A stretch of DNA of 47,825 bases, taken from Acidimicrobiales bacterium (GTDB lineage Bacteria > Actinomycetota > Acidimicrobiia > Acidimicrobiales > VFJN01). Position numbers and translations under genes: made by a program. How positions within the stretch are numbered: the stretch's first letter is position 1; the number at the start of each line of letters is the position of its first letter. This document shows, piece by piece, positions 1 through 8,590 of the stretch. The DNA is taken from NCBI GenBank assembly GCA_036280455.1, contig DASUQS010000192.1:1-47825 (forward strand), read 5' to 3'. The notes under the pieces are model-generated. The model ran no database searches. It saw only the letters and a program-made list of their open reading frames with translations, and was not told where the DNA came from.

Positions 1-774
1 ACCCCGTGCCTTGCCGCGCACGAGCCAGCGGACCAGCGCGCCCAGTGCCGCCAGGCCGATGAGCACCAGCGCGCCCACGGCCTCGCCGCCCTCCTGCCAC
101 ACCAGGATCCCGAGCACGATCCCACCCATCCCCATCACCGACAGGGCCGCACCCACGGGGTCGATCACCCGGGGTCCGGTGTAGGGCGCGTCCCGCACGA
201 GCCCGAGGCCGGACAGCACGATCGCAATGATCACCGCCTCGAGGGCGAACGCGACCCGCCATGACAGGTAGGTGGTGATGAACCCGCCGAGCAGGGGACC
301 GACGGCCGCCGCCACGGCCGCCGCGGCCCCCACGAGGGCGTACACCTTCCGCTGGGCGGGCCCCTCGAAGTTCCCGTGGACCAGCGACTGCATGGCCGGC
401 AGCAGCAGCGACGCGCCGAGCCCGCCGACGATCGCCCAGAACACGATGATGGCGGTCAGGCCCTGAGCGAGCGTCATGGCCACGGCGCCGGTGGCGTAGC
501 CGAGGAGGCCCAGGACGTACGCCCGCTTGCGTCCGAACAGGTCGCCGATCTTGCTGCCGATGAGGATGAACGCGGCGGACACCAGCGCTTCCAGTGCGAT
601 CGCCGACTGGACGCCGCTGACGGTGGTGTCGAGATCCCGGACGACCGCCGAGATCGACACGTTCATCAGGGACGTGTCCACGACCAGCACGAACATCGCC
701 ATCGCCAGCAGGAGCCCGAGGCGCGGGCTCCCCGGGCCCTCCGGGGCGCCGCTGATGTCGAGCCGGTCCGTCAC
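1..774 (-). CDS. MFS transporter, DHA2 (EmrB/QacA-like) family; N-terminal part only, C-terminus lies beyond the window start
   Basis: Reverse-strand translation from GTG (complement of 772-774) reads VTDRLDISGAPEGPGSPRLGLLLAMAMFVLVVDTSLMNVSISAVVRDLDTTVSGVQSAIALEALVSAAFILIGSKIGDLFGRKRAYVLGLLGY... This shows TM1/TM2 and a GDxxGRKR loop typical of DHA2 MFS. The ORF is open to the window edge, so it is absent from the ORF track. Its start lies 1 nt after the upstream stop. Confidence 0.85.
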   Translation of the reverse strand, partial: MTDRLDISGAPEGPGSPRLGLLLAMAMFVLVVDTSLMNVSISAVVRDLDTTVSGVQSAIALEALVSAAFILIGSKIGDLFGRKRAYVLGLLGYATGAVAMTLAQGLTAIIVFWAIVGGLGASLLLPAMQSLVHGNFEGPAQRKVYALVGAAAAVAAAVGPLLGGFITTYLSWRVAFALEAVIIAIVLSGLGLVRDAPYTGPRVIDPVGAALSVMGMGGIVLGILVWQEGGEAVGALVLIGLAALGALVRWLVRGKARG

Positions 775-775
775 G

Positions 776-1177
776 TCACCCGAGCGCCCGGGCCTTGGCC
801 GCCTGGAACTCGTCCTCGGTGAGAACGCCCTTGTCCCGCAGATCAGCGAGCTTGGTGATCTCGCCGATCGTGCCGCCGCCGTCGGCGCTGCCAGCGACGT
901 CCTGGACGTAGTCGCGGAAGGCGGCCTCCTGCGATGCGGCTTCTCGCACGGCGTGCTCCTGCATCTTGCCGCCTCGCGCGATCAGGTAGGCGAAGACGCC
1001 CAGGTAGGGCAGGACGATGATGAAGATCGACCACAGGGCCTTGCTCCAGCCCGAAAGGTCACGGCTCCGGAAGATGTCTCCGAAGACGGTGATCAGTAGC
1101 CAGAGCCAGATGACGAACAGGAAGAACCACAGCATCGACCAGAAGACCTGGCCGGTGCCGAACTCGGCTGCGAGCAT
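776..1177 (-). CDS. Small membrane protein with a PLD-nuclease N-terminal-like (PLDc_N) TM domain and a C-terminal SHOCT domain
   Basis: 133-aa ORF. Two TM helices (WFFLFVIWLWLLITVFGDIF...ALWSIFIIVLPYLGVFAYLIARGG), then the C-terminal motif ITKLADLRDKGVLTEDEFQAAKARALG, which is characteristic of SHOCT. Confidence 0.85.
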   Translation of the reverse strand: MLAAEFGTGQVFWSMLWFFLFVIWLWLLITVFGDIFRSRDLSGWSKALWSIFIIVLPYLGVFAYLIARGGKMQEHAVREAASQEAAFRDYVQDVAGSADGGGTIGEITKLADLRDKGVLTEDEFQAAKARALG

Positions 1178-1200
1178 GGTGCGTTACCTCCGTGGGTTGG

Positions 1201-2133
1201 TCAGTTGTCGGACTCGGTGTCGAGGGCGTCGCGCGCCCGGTCGTTTGCGGCGCGGGTGGCCTCGGAGACGGTGGGCCACCGCAGGTCGAGGCCCTCGATC
1301 GTGTCGGCGACCACCGCAGCCACCAGCGCCTGCATCACGTGCTTGTGGTCTGCTGGGATGACGTGCCAGGGCGCCCACGGCGTGGAGGTGGAGGTCAGGG
1401 CGTCGTCGTAGGCCGCCATGTACTCGTCCCAGCGGGCCCGCTCCGCCACGTCGGCGGCGTTGAACTTCCACAGCTTCCCGGGGTTGTCGAGCCGTGCCAT
1501 GAACCGCCGCTTCTGTTCGGCCCGTGACACGTGGAGGAAGAACTTCACGACCTTCGTGCCGTTGCGGTCGAGGTGCCGCTCGAAGGCGTTGATGTCGTCG
1601 TAGCGATCGAGCCACAGGGCCGCCCCGCGCTCGCCTCGGGGCAGCTGCTGCTGGTCGAACCAGTCGGGGTGCACCTTGACGGCCACCACCTCCTCGTAGT
1701 GCGACCGGTTGAAGATCCCGATCCGTCCCCGTTGCGGAACGGCCTTGGACGTGCGCCAGAGGAAGGTGTGGTCGAGCTCCTCGCTCGACGGCTTCCTGAA
1801 GGACACGACGTCGACGCCCTGGGGGTTGACCCCCGACATGACGTGCTTGATCGTCGAGTCCTTGCCCGCGGCGTCCATCGCCTGGAACACGAGGAGCACT
1901 GCGTAGGTGTCGCTCGCCCACAGGAGCTCCTGGGCGTCGGCCAGCCGCTCGACCCCGCGTGCGAGGAACTCCTTGGCCGCGGCATCGAGCTCCCGGGCCG
2001 AGAGCCCGGCATACTCGCCGCCACCCGTCCAGGTGGTGGACCGGCCGGCGAGATCCGCCAGCGAGCCGGGCTCGACCACCAGGTCGCGCCTGACTGCGTC
2101 GCGGGCGGTCGGAGTGTGGTCGATGTCGGTCAT
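1201..2133 (-). CDS. ppk2: Polyphosphate kinase 2 (PPK2) family phosphotransferase
   Basis: The C-terminal 310 aa of the 1201..3642 track ORF, starting MTDIDHTPTARD (ATG = complement of 2131-2133). P-loop VFQAMDAAGKDSTIKHV, FNRSHYEEV and KFFLHVSRAEQKRRF are typical single-domain PPK2 motifs. The track's N-terminal extension is an Arg/Gly-rich read-through antisense to nothing real. Confidence 0.9.
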   Translation of the reverse strand: MTDIDHTPTARDAVRRDLVVEPGSLADLAGRSTTWTGGGEYAGLSARELDAAAKEFLARGVERLADAQELLWASDTYAVLLVFQAMDAAGKDSTIKHVMSGVNPQGVDVVSFRKPSSEELDHTFLWRTSKAVPQRGRIGIFNRSHYEEVVAVKVHPDWFDQQQLPRGERGAALWLDRYDDINAFERHLDRNGTKVVKFFLHVSRAEQKRRFMARLDNPGKLWKFNAADVAERARWDEYMAAYDDALTSTSTPWAPWHVIPADHKHVMQALVAAVVADTIEGLDLRWPTVSEATRAANDRARDALDTESDN

Positions 2134-4922
2134 CACACGCCCTCGGGGTCGATCCGGCGGAGCACGAGCTTGCCCACCTCGGTGAGCGCCACGTAGGCGC
2201 CGACGGCCACGAGGCAGGCACGCCACTGGTCGCCGTTCAGGTCGACCGTGTCGAAGACCCTCTGGAGCAGCGCCACGGTGGTGACCAGCAGGGTCAGGGC
2301 GACGGCGCCCAGCATCAGCAGGTTGAACCGCCCGTTGGCGATGGTCTCGCGGCGGAGGACGCTTGCGCGCGGGTCCCGCCACTCCAGCGCCGCGGCCACG
2401 TGCAGCAGCGAGGTGGTGACGAGGCCCATCGTCGTGGCGACGGCGAGCCCGTAGCGGTCCTCGCCCCAGGCCACCACGGCCAGGGTGCCGATGGCGACGA
2501 GCAGGCCGGCGATACCGAGCCGCACGCCGAGCTTCGGCGGGATCACCGGCTCGTCCGGCGACCGGGGTCGCCGCCGCATGAGCCCCGTGCTGGGCGCGTC
2601 GAAACCGAGACCGACCGCCAGCAGCACGTCGATGGCGAAGTTGATCCACAGGATCTGGAGCGGCAGCAGCGGGACGCCGCCGGCGATCTCGAAGACGCCC
2701 GCGCCGACGAAGGTGAGGATGAAGCCGGCCAGCATGATCATCTGGACCCGGACGTACTTCATCAGGTTGTCGTAGAGGCCCCGGCCGCCCTCGACCGCCG
2801 CCACGATCGTGGCGAAGTTGTCGTCGGTGAGGATCATCTCGCCGGCGTCCTTGGTCACCTCGGTGCCGGTGATACCCATGGCGACGCCGATGTCGGCACG
2901 GGCCAGAGCCGGCGCGTCGTTCACGCCGTCGCCCGTCATCGCCACGATGTTCCCCTCGCCCTTGAGGATGCTGACGAGGCGGACCTTGTCCTCCGGAGCG
3001 ACACGGGCGACGACGCCGATGTCGTCGACCCGCGCCCGCAGCTCGTCGTCGGGGAGCGCGGCGAACTCGGCCCCGGTCAGCGCCTCGCCCTCGATGCCGA
3101 GCTGGCCGGCGATGGCGGCTGCGGTGGTGGCGTGGTCGCCGGTGATCATCCGCACCCGGATGCCGGCGTCCTTGCAGAGGGCGATGGCATCCTTGGCCTC
3201 CTTGCGCGGCGGGTCGACGATGCCGATCAGCGCCAGGAGCTCGAGCTCGGAGACCAGCGCGAGCAGGTCCGCCCGCGGATCGAACGTGGCGGGGTCGAAG
3301 TCGCGGCGGGCGACGGCGAGGACCCGCAGCCCCTCGCCGGCCATGCGATCGTTCTCCGCGACGACCCGGGACGCCGCCTCCCCGGCCATCTCCTGGCGCG
3401 TCCCGTCGACGTCGAGGTAGTGCGTCGATCGCGCGAGCAGGACGTCGGGGGCTCCCTTCACGAAGCACCGGACCACGGTCCGGCCGCCGTCCTCGATCTC
3501 GTGGAACGTCGCCATCAGCTTGTACTCGGCGTCGAAGGGGACCTCGGCGAGGCGGGGGAGCACCCGCCGGGTCTCCTCGACGTCGAGCCCGCTCTTCGCG
3601 GCCAGCACCACCAGTGCGCCCTCTGTGGGGTCCCCGACGCATGCACCGTCGCGGATGACGGCGTCGTTGGCCAGCGCCATCGGCAACATGAACGGCTCCA
3701 TCGACAGGTCGGTGTCGCCGGCGACCCGCAGGATGTGTCCCGTGGTCGAGTAGCCCTCACCGTCGGTCTGGTAGCGGCGGCCGGCGAGCACCAGCTCCCG
3801 GGCGGTCATCTGGTTGAGCGTGAGCGTGCCGGTCTTGTCCGAGCAGATGGCGGAGGTCGACCCGAGCGTCTCGACCGATCGCAGCCGCTTGACGATGGCA
3901 CCCTTGCTGGCCAGGTCCCGGGTGCCGACCGACAGGAGGTAGGTGACGACCGCGGGGAGGCCGGTGGGGATGGCGGAGATGGCGAGGCTGATGCCGACGA
4001 GGAACAGGTCGTCGAACTCGTCGCCGCGCGCCAGGCCGAGGACGACGATCAGCACCAGGGCCGCGGCCGCCATGACGGTGATGAGAACGGTGAGCTGGTC
4101 GAGTTGACGGGTGAGCGGGGTCTTCTCCTGCTCGACCCCGCTCAGCATCCCGGAGATGTGCCCGACCTCGCTGTCCATGCCGGTGGCCGTCACGACCATC
4201 TCGCCCCGGCCACGGGTGACCTGGGAGTTCATGTAGGCCATGTCGAGGCGGTCGCCGAGTGGCACATCGTCCCCGGCCACCGCTTCGAGGCTCTTCGGCA
4301 CGGGCGTGCTCTCGCCGGTGAGGCCGGCCTCCTCGATCTCCAAGGTCGCCGCGACGAGCAGTCGCCCGTCGGCGGGGACCTTGTCGCCCGCCTCGAAGCT
4401 CACGATGTCGCCCGGCACGAGGTCCTCGGCCGGGACCTCGACGACCTCGCCTCCCCGCCGGACGCGGGCCGTGATGATCAACATCTGGCGGAGTGCGGCC
4501 ACGCTGGCGGCCGCCTTGCCCTCCTGGTGGACGCCCATCAGGGCGTTCACCACCGTGATGCCGAGGACCACCAGGCCGGTCGAGATGTCCTGCAGCGCGA
4601 TGATGCTGACGACGGCCGCACCGACGAGCACCAGCTGCATCAGGTCGTGGTACTGGCGGAGGAACACCTTCCAGCCCGGCTCGGCGGCCTCCTCGTCGAG
4701 CTTGTTGGCGCCGTAGCGCTCGCGGCGCTCGACCACCTCGTGCGCGTCGAGCCCGACGGCGGGGTCGACGTCGAGGCGGCCGCAGGCGTCCTCCGCGGTC
4801 AGCGGGTACCACTCGACCGGCTCGCGTCCGACCTCGTCGGTCGCCGCAGCCACGGTGAGCGTCGGGGTGCCGGAGTCAGCCACGTGCCGGGGTCCGGAGT
4901 GTCTCGGCACGATCCGCGCCAC
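2133..4922 (-). CDS. Cation-transporting P-type ATPase (type II, Ca2+/cation-pump-like)
   Basis: 929-aa ORF with the N-terminal Cation_ATPase_N motif (GLDAHEVVERRERYGANKL), TGES (EEAGLTGESTPV), phosphorylation site ICSDKTGTLT, hinge MTGDGVNDAPALARADIGVAMG and 10 predicted TM segments. The GTG start at 4922 is uncertain by a few codons. Confidence 0.92.
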   Translation of the reverse strand: MARIVPRHSGPRHVADSGTPTLTVAAATDEVGREPVEWYPLTAEDACGRLDVDPAVGLDAHEVVERRERYGANKLDEEAAEPGWKVFLRQYHDLMQLVLVGAAVVSIIALQDISTGLVVLGITVVNALMGVHQEGKAAASVAALRQMLIITARVRRGGEVVEVPAEDLVPGDIVSFEAGDKVPADGRLLVAATLEIEEAGLTGESTPVPKSLEAVAGDDVPLGDRLDMAYMNSQVTRGRGEMVVTATGMDSEVGHISGMLSGVEQEKTPLTRQLDQLTVLITVMAAAALVLIVVLGLARGDEFDDLFLVGISLAISAIPTGLPAVVTYLLSVGTRDLASKGAIVKRLRSVETLGSTSAICSDKTGTLTLNQMTARELVLAGRRYQTDGEGYSTTGHILRVAGDTDLSMEPFMLPMALANDAVIRDGACVGDPTEGALVVLAAKSGLDVEETRRVLPRLAEVPFDAEYKLMATFHEIEDGGRTVVRCFVKGAPDVLLARSTHYLDVDGTRQEMAGEAASRVVAENDRMAGEGLRVLAVARRDFDPATFDPRADLLALVSELELLALIGIVDPPRKEAKDAIALCKDAGIRVRMITGDHATTAAAIAGQLGIEGEALTGAEFAALPDDELRARVDDIGVVARVAPEDKVRLVSILKGEGNIVAMTGDGVNDAPALARADIGVAMGITGTEVTKDAGEMILTDDNFATIVAAVEGGRGLYDNLMKYVRVQMIMLAGFILTFVGAGVFEIAGGVPLLPLQILWINFAIDVLLAVGLGFDAPSTGLMRRRPRSPDEPVIPPKLGVRLGIAGLLVAIGTLAVVAWGEDRYGLAVATTMGLVTTSLLHVAAALEWRDPRASVLRRETIANGRFNLLMLGAVALTLLVTTVALLQRVFDTVDLNGDQWRACLVAVGAYVALTEVGKLVLRRIDPEGV

Positions 4923-4990
4923 TGGTGTCGCTCACGGGGCCTCCTCGTGCATCGCCGTTCGGTGAGCGCCTCGACGTTCGGACGTCCTGG

Positions 4991-5060
4991 GGTGGGCGGC
5001 ACCACCCCACCCGGGGTGGTCCCGCCCGGGTGCCACCCTCGGAGGGTGGTCACAGGGGCG
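4991..5060. promoter_or_regulatory. Array of alternating GGTGG / CCACC(C) blocks (three CCACCC-N-GGGTGG palindromes) in the divergent ATPase/LuxR intergenic region
   Basis: Read directly: GGTGG 4991-4995, CCACC 5002-5006, CCACCC 5007-5012, GGGTGG 5014-5019, CCACCC 5033-5038, GGGTGG 5044-5049. It lies between the start codons at 4922 (minus) and 5144 (plus). Its function as an operator or RNA switch is inferred only. Confidence 0.35.
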
Positions 5061-5143
5061 GCGAAACGCGATCCGGTACACACCGAAGAGTGATGCTCGC
5101 TACGCTCTGTGTGAGCAAACTCCCCCTGAGGCGGAGGATTCGG

Positions 5144-7765
5144 ATGGGCGACGCCGGCGGTTCGAGCGGCCAACCACTGTCGGGGACGCCGGCATCGCCG
5201 TTGCTCAAGGCCAAGCTCCGGGTCCCTGTCGTCCCCGACCACTACGTGAGGCGCCCGCGCCTGCTGGGGCTCCTCGACGAGGCGATCATGTGCCCGTTGA
5301 CCCTGGTCGTGGCCCCCGCCGGCGTCGGTAAGACGACGCTCCTGGCGGGCTGGGCGTCGGATCGGGAAGCTGACACCGGCTGGCTGTCCCTCGACGAGTC
5401 CGACCAGGATCCGTCCCAGTTCTGGGCGGGTGTCATCACCGCGCTCGAGCGGCTCGCTCCGGGGTGCACGGGGGTGGCCCTGGCACGGCTGCAACGGCCG
5501 GGTGGGGCCGACGGCGTCGTCGACCACCTGCTCGACGCGCTGGATGGTCGGGTGGGGCCGCCCGTCGTCCTCGTCGTCGACGACCTCCAGTTCGTCGGCG
5601 CGGACGTCGCGCCCGCTCTGGCGCTCTTCCTCCTGCACCTGCCGTCGTGGCTCCGCGTGGTCGGGCTGTCGCGCCGACAGCCGGACCTCCCGTTGGGTCG
5701 GATCCGGGCGCGGGGCCAGCTCGGCGAGGTGCATCTCGCCGAACTGCGGTTCTCGCTCGACGAGTCTCGCGAGATGCTGGGGCGTGTGGCACCGATGCAG
5801 GCCGCGCCGTGGATCGAGGCCGCCGCGGCGCAGGCCGAGGGCTGGGCCGCAGGTCTGCAGTTCGCCGCGTTGGCCGCCCGAGCCGAGCAGGCTCGGGGCG
5901 ATGCCCCTGTCCGGTCGCCGGGCGACGACGTGCTCGTGGACGACTACGTCTGGAGCGAGATCCTGGCGTCGGTGGACCACGAGCTCGTCGACGTGCTGCT
6001 CGACATCGCGGTGGTCAAGCGGGTCAGCGGGAGCCTCGCCCGAGCGCTCACCGGCCAGCAGCACGCCGGTGCACTCCTCCTGCGAGCCGAGGCGGAGGGT
6101 CTGTTCGTGAGCCGGCTCGGCCACTCGGGCTGGTTCGAGCTGCACGCACTCGTGCGTCGGGCTCTGCTGGACGAGCTCGAGCGCAACGCACCCGAACGCC
6201 TGGCCGAGCGGCACGCTCGCGCCGCGCGTTGGTTCCAGGACAGCGGCGAGATCCCGAAGGCACTGGATCACTGGCTCGCGGCAGGGCGGACGCGTGACGC
6301 GCTTCGTCTGCTCGGCGCCACCCACAGCGAGCTCTACGACAGCGGCCGGGAAGCGACCGTTCGCCGCACCATCGCCGCGATACCGATCGAGGAGGCCACA
6401 GACGACCTCGATGCGATGGTCGACTACACCTGGAGCCACCTGCTCGTGAGCAGAGCGCGGTTCGTGGAGCTCGTCGAGGAGATGATCTGGTGGGCGGACA
6501 GGGCCGAGCCTGGCGCCGCCACTCGGGCCCGGCTGGTCATGCTGCGGTCGATGGCGGCGACCGTCTGCGGGTACTGGGACGAGGGCGGCCTGCTGGCCCG
6601 TCGCGGCATGGCCGAGCTGGGTCAGAGCTGGTGGCAGGATCCGCTCGGCCGCTTCGGCTGGAACATGGTGGCTCGTGAGGTGGCGCTGTCCGAGCGATGG
6701 GACGAGGACGACGACGACGTCCGCGAGGGCGAACGAGCGCTCGGCCGTCTACCGGAGCGGCGGCTCGCGCTCGAAGGAACACGGGCGCTGGGCTTGGCGC
6801 TCGCCGGCCGCCCGGCGGACGCCCTCCGGGTGGTGGCGGGGGTCCGCCGATCGGCCGAGATCACCGTCATGACGATCCTGCGGGGGGAGCTGGCGGTCGC
6901 CGAGGCGATCGCGCATCGAGAGCTCGGTGACCTCCAGCGGGCCATATCGGAGCTCACGTCCATCGCCTCGACTCCCGCCGAGACCATGCTCGTCTGTCGA
7001 GTGCTCGCCTCCGCCGAGCTCATCGCTGCGCACGTCGACGCGGGGGATGTCGAGGGGGCGCGGCGGGCGCTCACGGATGGGATCGCGCTGGTCGAGACCG
7101 AGTCGTTCGGCCCCGGCGGGTGGTCGTGGCTCGCCCGCTCCGGTGTCGTTCTGGCTGTCGCCACCGGGGACCTCGATGTCGCCGCCGTCTGGGCCGAGCG
7201 GGTGGAGGACCCGTTCTGGCGCGCTGTGTGCACAGCTCGCGTCGACCTCGCCGCCGGACGTCGGACCGAGGCCCGCGCCGGCCTCGCCCGATGCGTGCCG
7301 CGTTGCCCGCGCCATGAGGTCGTCCTCGGGCTCCTCCGAGGACGAGCTCTGACAGACGCCGACGAGGCGTCGCGCTGCGTCGAGACCGCCGTCGAGACGG
7401 CGACCGCTCACGGGATGCTCCAGTCGGTGGCATCGGAGGGACACGAAGCGGTCGAGTTGGTCGAGCACGGCGCGTGGCGGGCCTCCCCGGAGTGGCTCGA
7501 CCGGCTGCGCCGACGAGCGACGGGCCGCGATCCGGGCCTCACGACGCGGATCGACCTGGTCGAGCCCCTCACCGAGCGGGAGCGCGACATCCTCCGGTTC
7601 CTGCCGAGCCGCCTCACCATCCGGGAGATCGCCGACGAGCGCTACGTCTCGGTGAACACGCTGAAGTTCCACCTCAAGGCCATCTACCGCAAGCTCGGAG
7701 TCGGCTCTCGCGCCGAGGCGGCCGAGCTGGCGCGGTCCATGACGGACGTGCTCCGACAGCCCTAG
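5144..7765 (+). CDS. Large ATP-binding LuxR-family transcriptional regulator (LAL / MalT-like STAND NTPase with C-terminal GerE/LuxR HTH)
   Basis: Walker A (LVVAPAGVGKTTLLAGW) and Walker B-like (VVLVVDDLQFV) motifs, a long helical/TPR-like middle region, and a C-terminal HTH (LTERERDILRFLPSRLTIREIADERYVSVNTLKFHLKAIYRKLGV). Start chosen at ATG 5144 (MGDAGGSSG) because GGAGGA lies 5 nt upstream. The track ORF begins earlier, at 4925. Confidence 0.85.
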   Translation: MGDAGGSSGQPLSGTPASPLLKAKLRVPVVPDHYVRRPRLLGLLDEAIMCPLTLVVAPAGVGKTTLLAGWASDREADTGWLSLDESDQDPSQFWAGVITALERLAPGCTGVALARLQRPGGADGVVDHLLDALDGRVGPPVVLVVDDLQFVGADVAPALALFLLHLPSWLRVVGLSRRQPDLPLGRIRARGQLGEVHLAELRFSLDESREMLGRVAPMQAAPWIEAAAAQAEGWAAGLQFAALAARAEQARGDAPVRSPGDDVLVDDYVWSEILASVDHELVDVLLDIAVVKRVSGSLARALTGQQHAGALLLRAEAEGLFVSRLGHSGWFELHALVRRALLDELERNAPERLAERHARAARWFQDSGEIPKALDHWLAAGRTRDALRLLGATHSELYDSGREATVRRTIAAIPIEEATDDLDAMVDYTWSHLLVSRARFVELVEEMIWWADRAEPGAATRARLVMLRSMAATVCGYWDEGGLLARRGMAELGQSWWQDPLGRFGWNMVAREVALSERWDEDDDDVREGERALGRLPERRLALEGTRALGLALAGRPADALRVVAGVRRSAEITVMTILRGELAVAEAIAHRELGDLQRAISELTSIASTPAETMLVCRVLASAELIAAHVDAGDVEGARRALTDGIALVETESFGPGGWSWLARSGVVLAVATGDLDVAAVWAERVEDPFWRAVCTARVDLAAGRRTEARAGLARCVPRCPRHEVVLGLLRGRALTDADEASRCVETAVETATAHGMLQSVASEGHEAVELVEHGAWRASPEWLDRLRRRATGRDPGLTTRIDLVEPLTERERDILRFLPSRLTIREIADERYVSVNTLKFHLKAIYRKLGVGSRAEAAELARSMTDVLRQP

Positions 7766-7980
7766 TCGCGCCGGGCCCAGGCCTCGAGCACGAGGTTCCG
7801 CTGGTGTTCGAACAAGGCCCGCGTCAGCAGCCCGCGGCGCCACAGGTCGGTGAGCTCGTCGACCTGGTCCGGTGGCGCCAGACCAGGGGGCCCTCCGCCG
7901 CACACGGCGTCGAGCGCCCCCAGCGGCGGCCGGGGCACGAGGTCGGCCTCGGCGCGGCGGACGGGTCGCACCCGTCGCAT
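7762..7980 (-). CDS. Small hypothetical protein with a degenerate SHOCT-like C-terminus
   Basis: The C-terminal 72 aa of the 7762..8082 track ORF, from MRRVRPVRR (ATG = complement of 7978-7980), 1 nt after the stop of the upstream gene. The tail VDELTDLWRRGLLTRALFEHQRNLVLEAW resembles the SHOCT pattern (L..L...G.LT..EF...K..LL). The call is weak, and the ORF overlaps the end of the convergent LuxR gene by 4 nt. Confidence 0.35.
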   Translation of the reverse strand: MRRVRPVRRAEADLVPRPPLGALDAVCGGGPPGLAPPDQVDELTDLWRRGLLTRALFEHQRNLVLEAWARRD

Positions 7981-7981
7981 G

Positions 7982-8473
7982 TCAGGAAGGCTCCGGCTCG
8001 TCGCCAGCGCGCCGCCGGACGAGCGCGTCGGCGACCCAACGGGGCGGGATGCGCTCACCGCCGACGACATGGCCGCCGACACCGCGGGCGGCCTCGGAGA
8101 GCGGCTCCGCCCACCGGGACTCGATCAGGACGACCAGTCCCGCGGTGCCAGGACGGAGAGCGTGGCCCGCCGTGGCGACGTCCTGCTGGCTGAGCAGCCC
8201 GCCGACGTCGCCCTCGACGTCGCGCAGACCCGCGAGCATCTCGACCATCTCCACCTCCTGCACCGCGACCGCACCGTCGTCGTCCCGCACGGCGACGGCG
8301 ACGTCGAGGAGGCGGATCTGGCCGTCGGCGACGAGATCGGCCATGGCGGGGACCAGCGCGGCAAGCGACGCCACGTCAGGGGTCACGACCACCACGTACT
8401 CCACGAGATCAGGGTTCACGTCGCCGGTGTCGATGGGACCATGTTCGCCCCGGGCCGGTCTCCCTGGCGCCAC
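7982..8473 (-). CDS. Uncharacterised conserved actinobacterial protein, paralog of 8591..9040 (from memory possibly DUF6325-like; not verified)
   Basis: 163-aa ORF that aligns by eye with the divergent neighbour: LVEYVVVVTPD / IDVVMLAFPGS, ADLVADGQIRLLDVAVAVRDDDGAVAVQEVE / RDLVVRGLVRVVDVLFVAKDDDGTVSSVEL, GLVVLIESRWAEPLSEAARGVGGHVV / SVAVVAVENLWAVPFIEAVRDSGGELV. An alternative GTG start at 8419 (VNPDLVEY) is plausible, because the GTG at 8473 sits inside a palindromic motif. Confidence 0.7.
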   Translation of the reverse strand: MAPGRPARGEHGPIDTGDVNPDLVEYVVVVTPDVASLAALVPAMADLVADGQIRLLDVAVAVRDDDGAVAVQEVEMVEMLAGLRDVEGDVGGLLSQQDVATAGHALRPGTAGLVVLIESRWAEPLSEAARGVGGHVVGGERIPPRWVADALVRRRAGDEPEPS

Positions 8474-8512
8474 CCCACGGAGGGTGGTCTCGGGGCGCGA
8501 TCCTGTGACGGG
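8466..8512. promoter_or_regulatory. CCACCC-N6-GGGTGG palindrome plus flanks, closely similar to 5029..5080
   Basis: GCCACCCcaCGGAGGGTGGTCtCGGGGCGCGATCCtGTgAC (8469-8510) compared with GCCACCCtCGGAGGGTGGTCaCaGGGGCGgcgaaaCGCGATCCgGTaCAC (5031-5081). The two share an exact 12-mer, CGGAGGGTGGTC. The element lies between the divergent paralogs. Confidence 0.35.
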
Positions 8513-8590
8513 CGGGATCTACCCGCGTTGGGGTGGGGAGCCCCAGCCCCTGTTGACAGGACCATGCTCGCACGACCGAGGCGAACGGAG

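Noticed and set aside
2400-5093. 897-aa plus-strand ORF, together with nested ORFs such as 3757..4812 (minus) and 1184..2221 (minus)
   Set aside because: It is antisense or out of frame to the well-supported P-type ATPase and PPK2 genes. The products are Arg/Gly/Pro/Asp-rich low-complexity sequence with no motifs, which is the typical shadow-ORF artefact of very GC-rich DNA.
8553-8558. Perfect TTGACA (-35-like) hexamer upstream of the plus-strand paralog
   Set aside because: No acceptable TANNNT -10 element lies 16-19 nt downstream, so I cannot support a promoter call from sequence alone.
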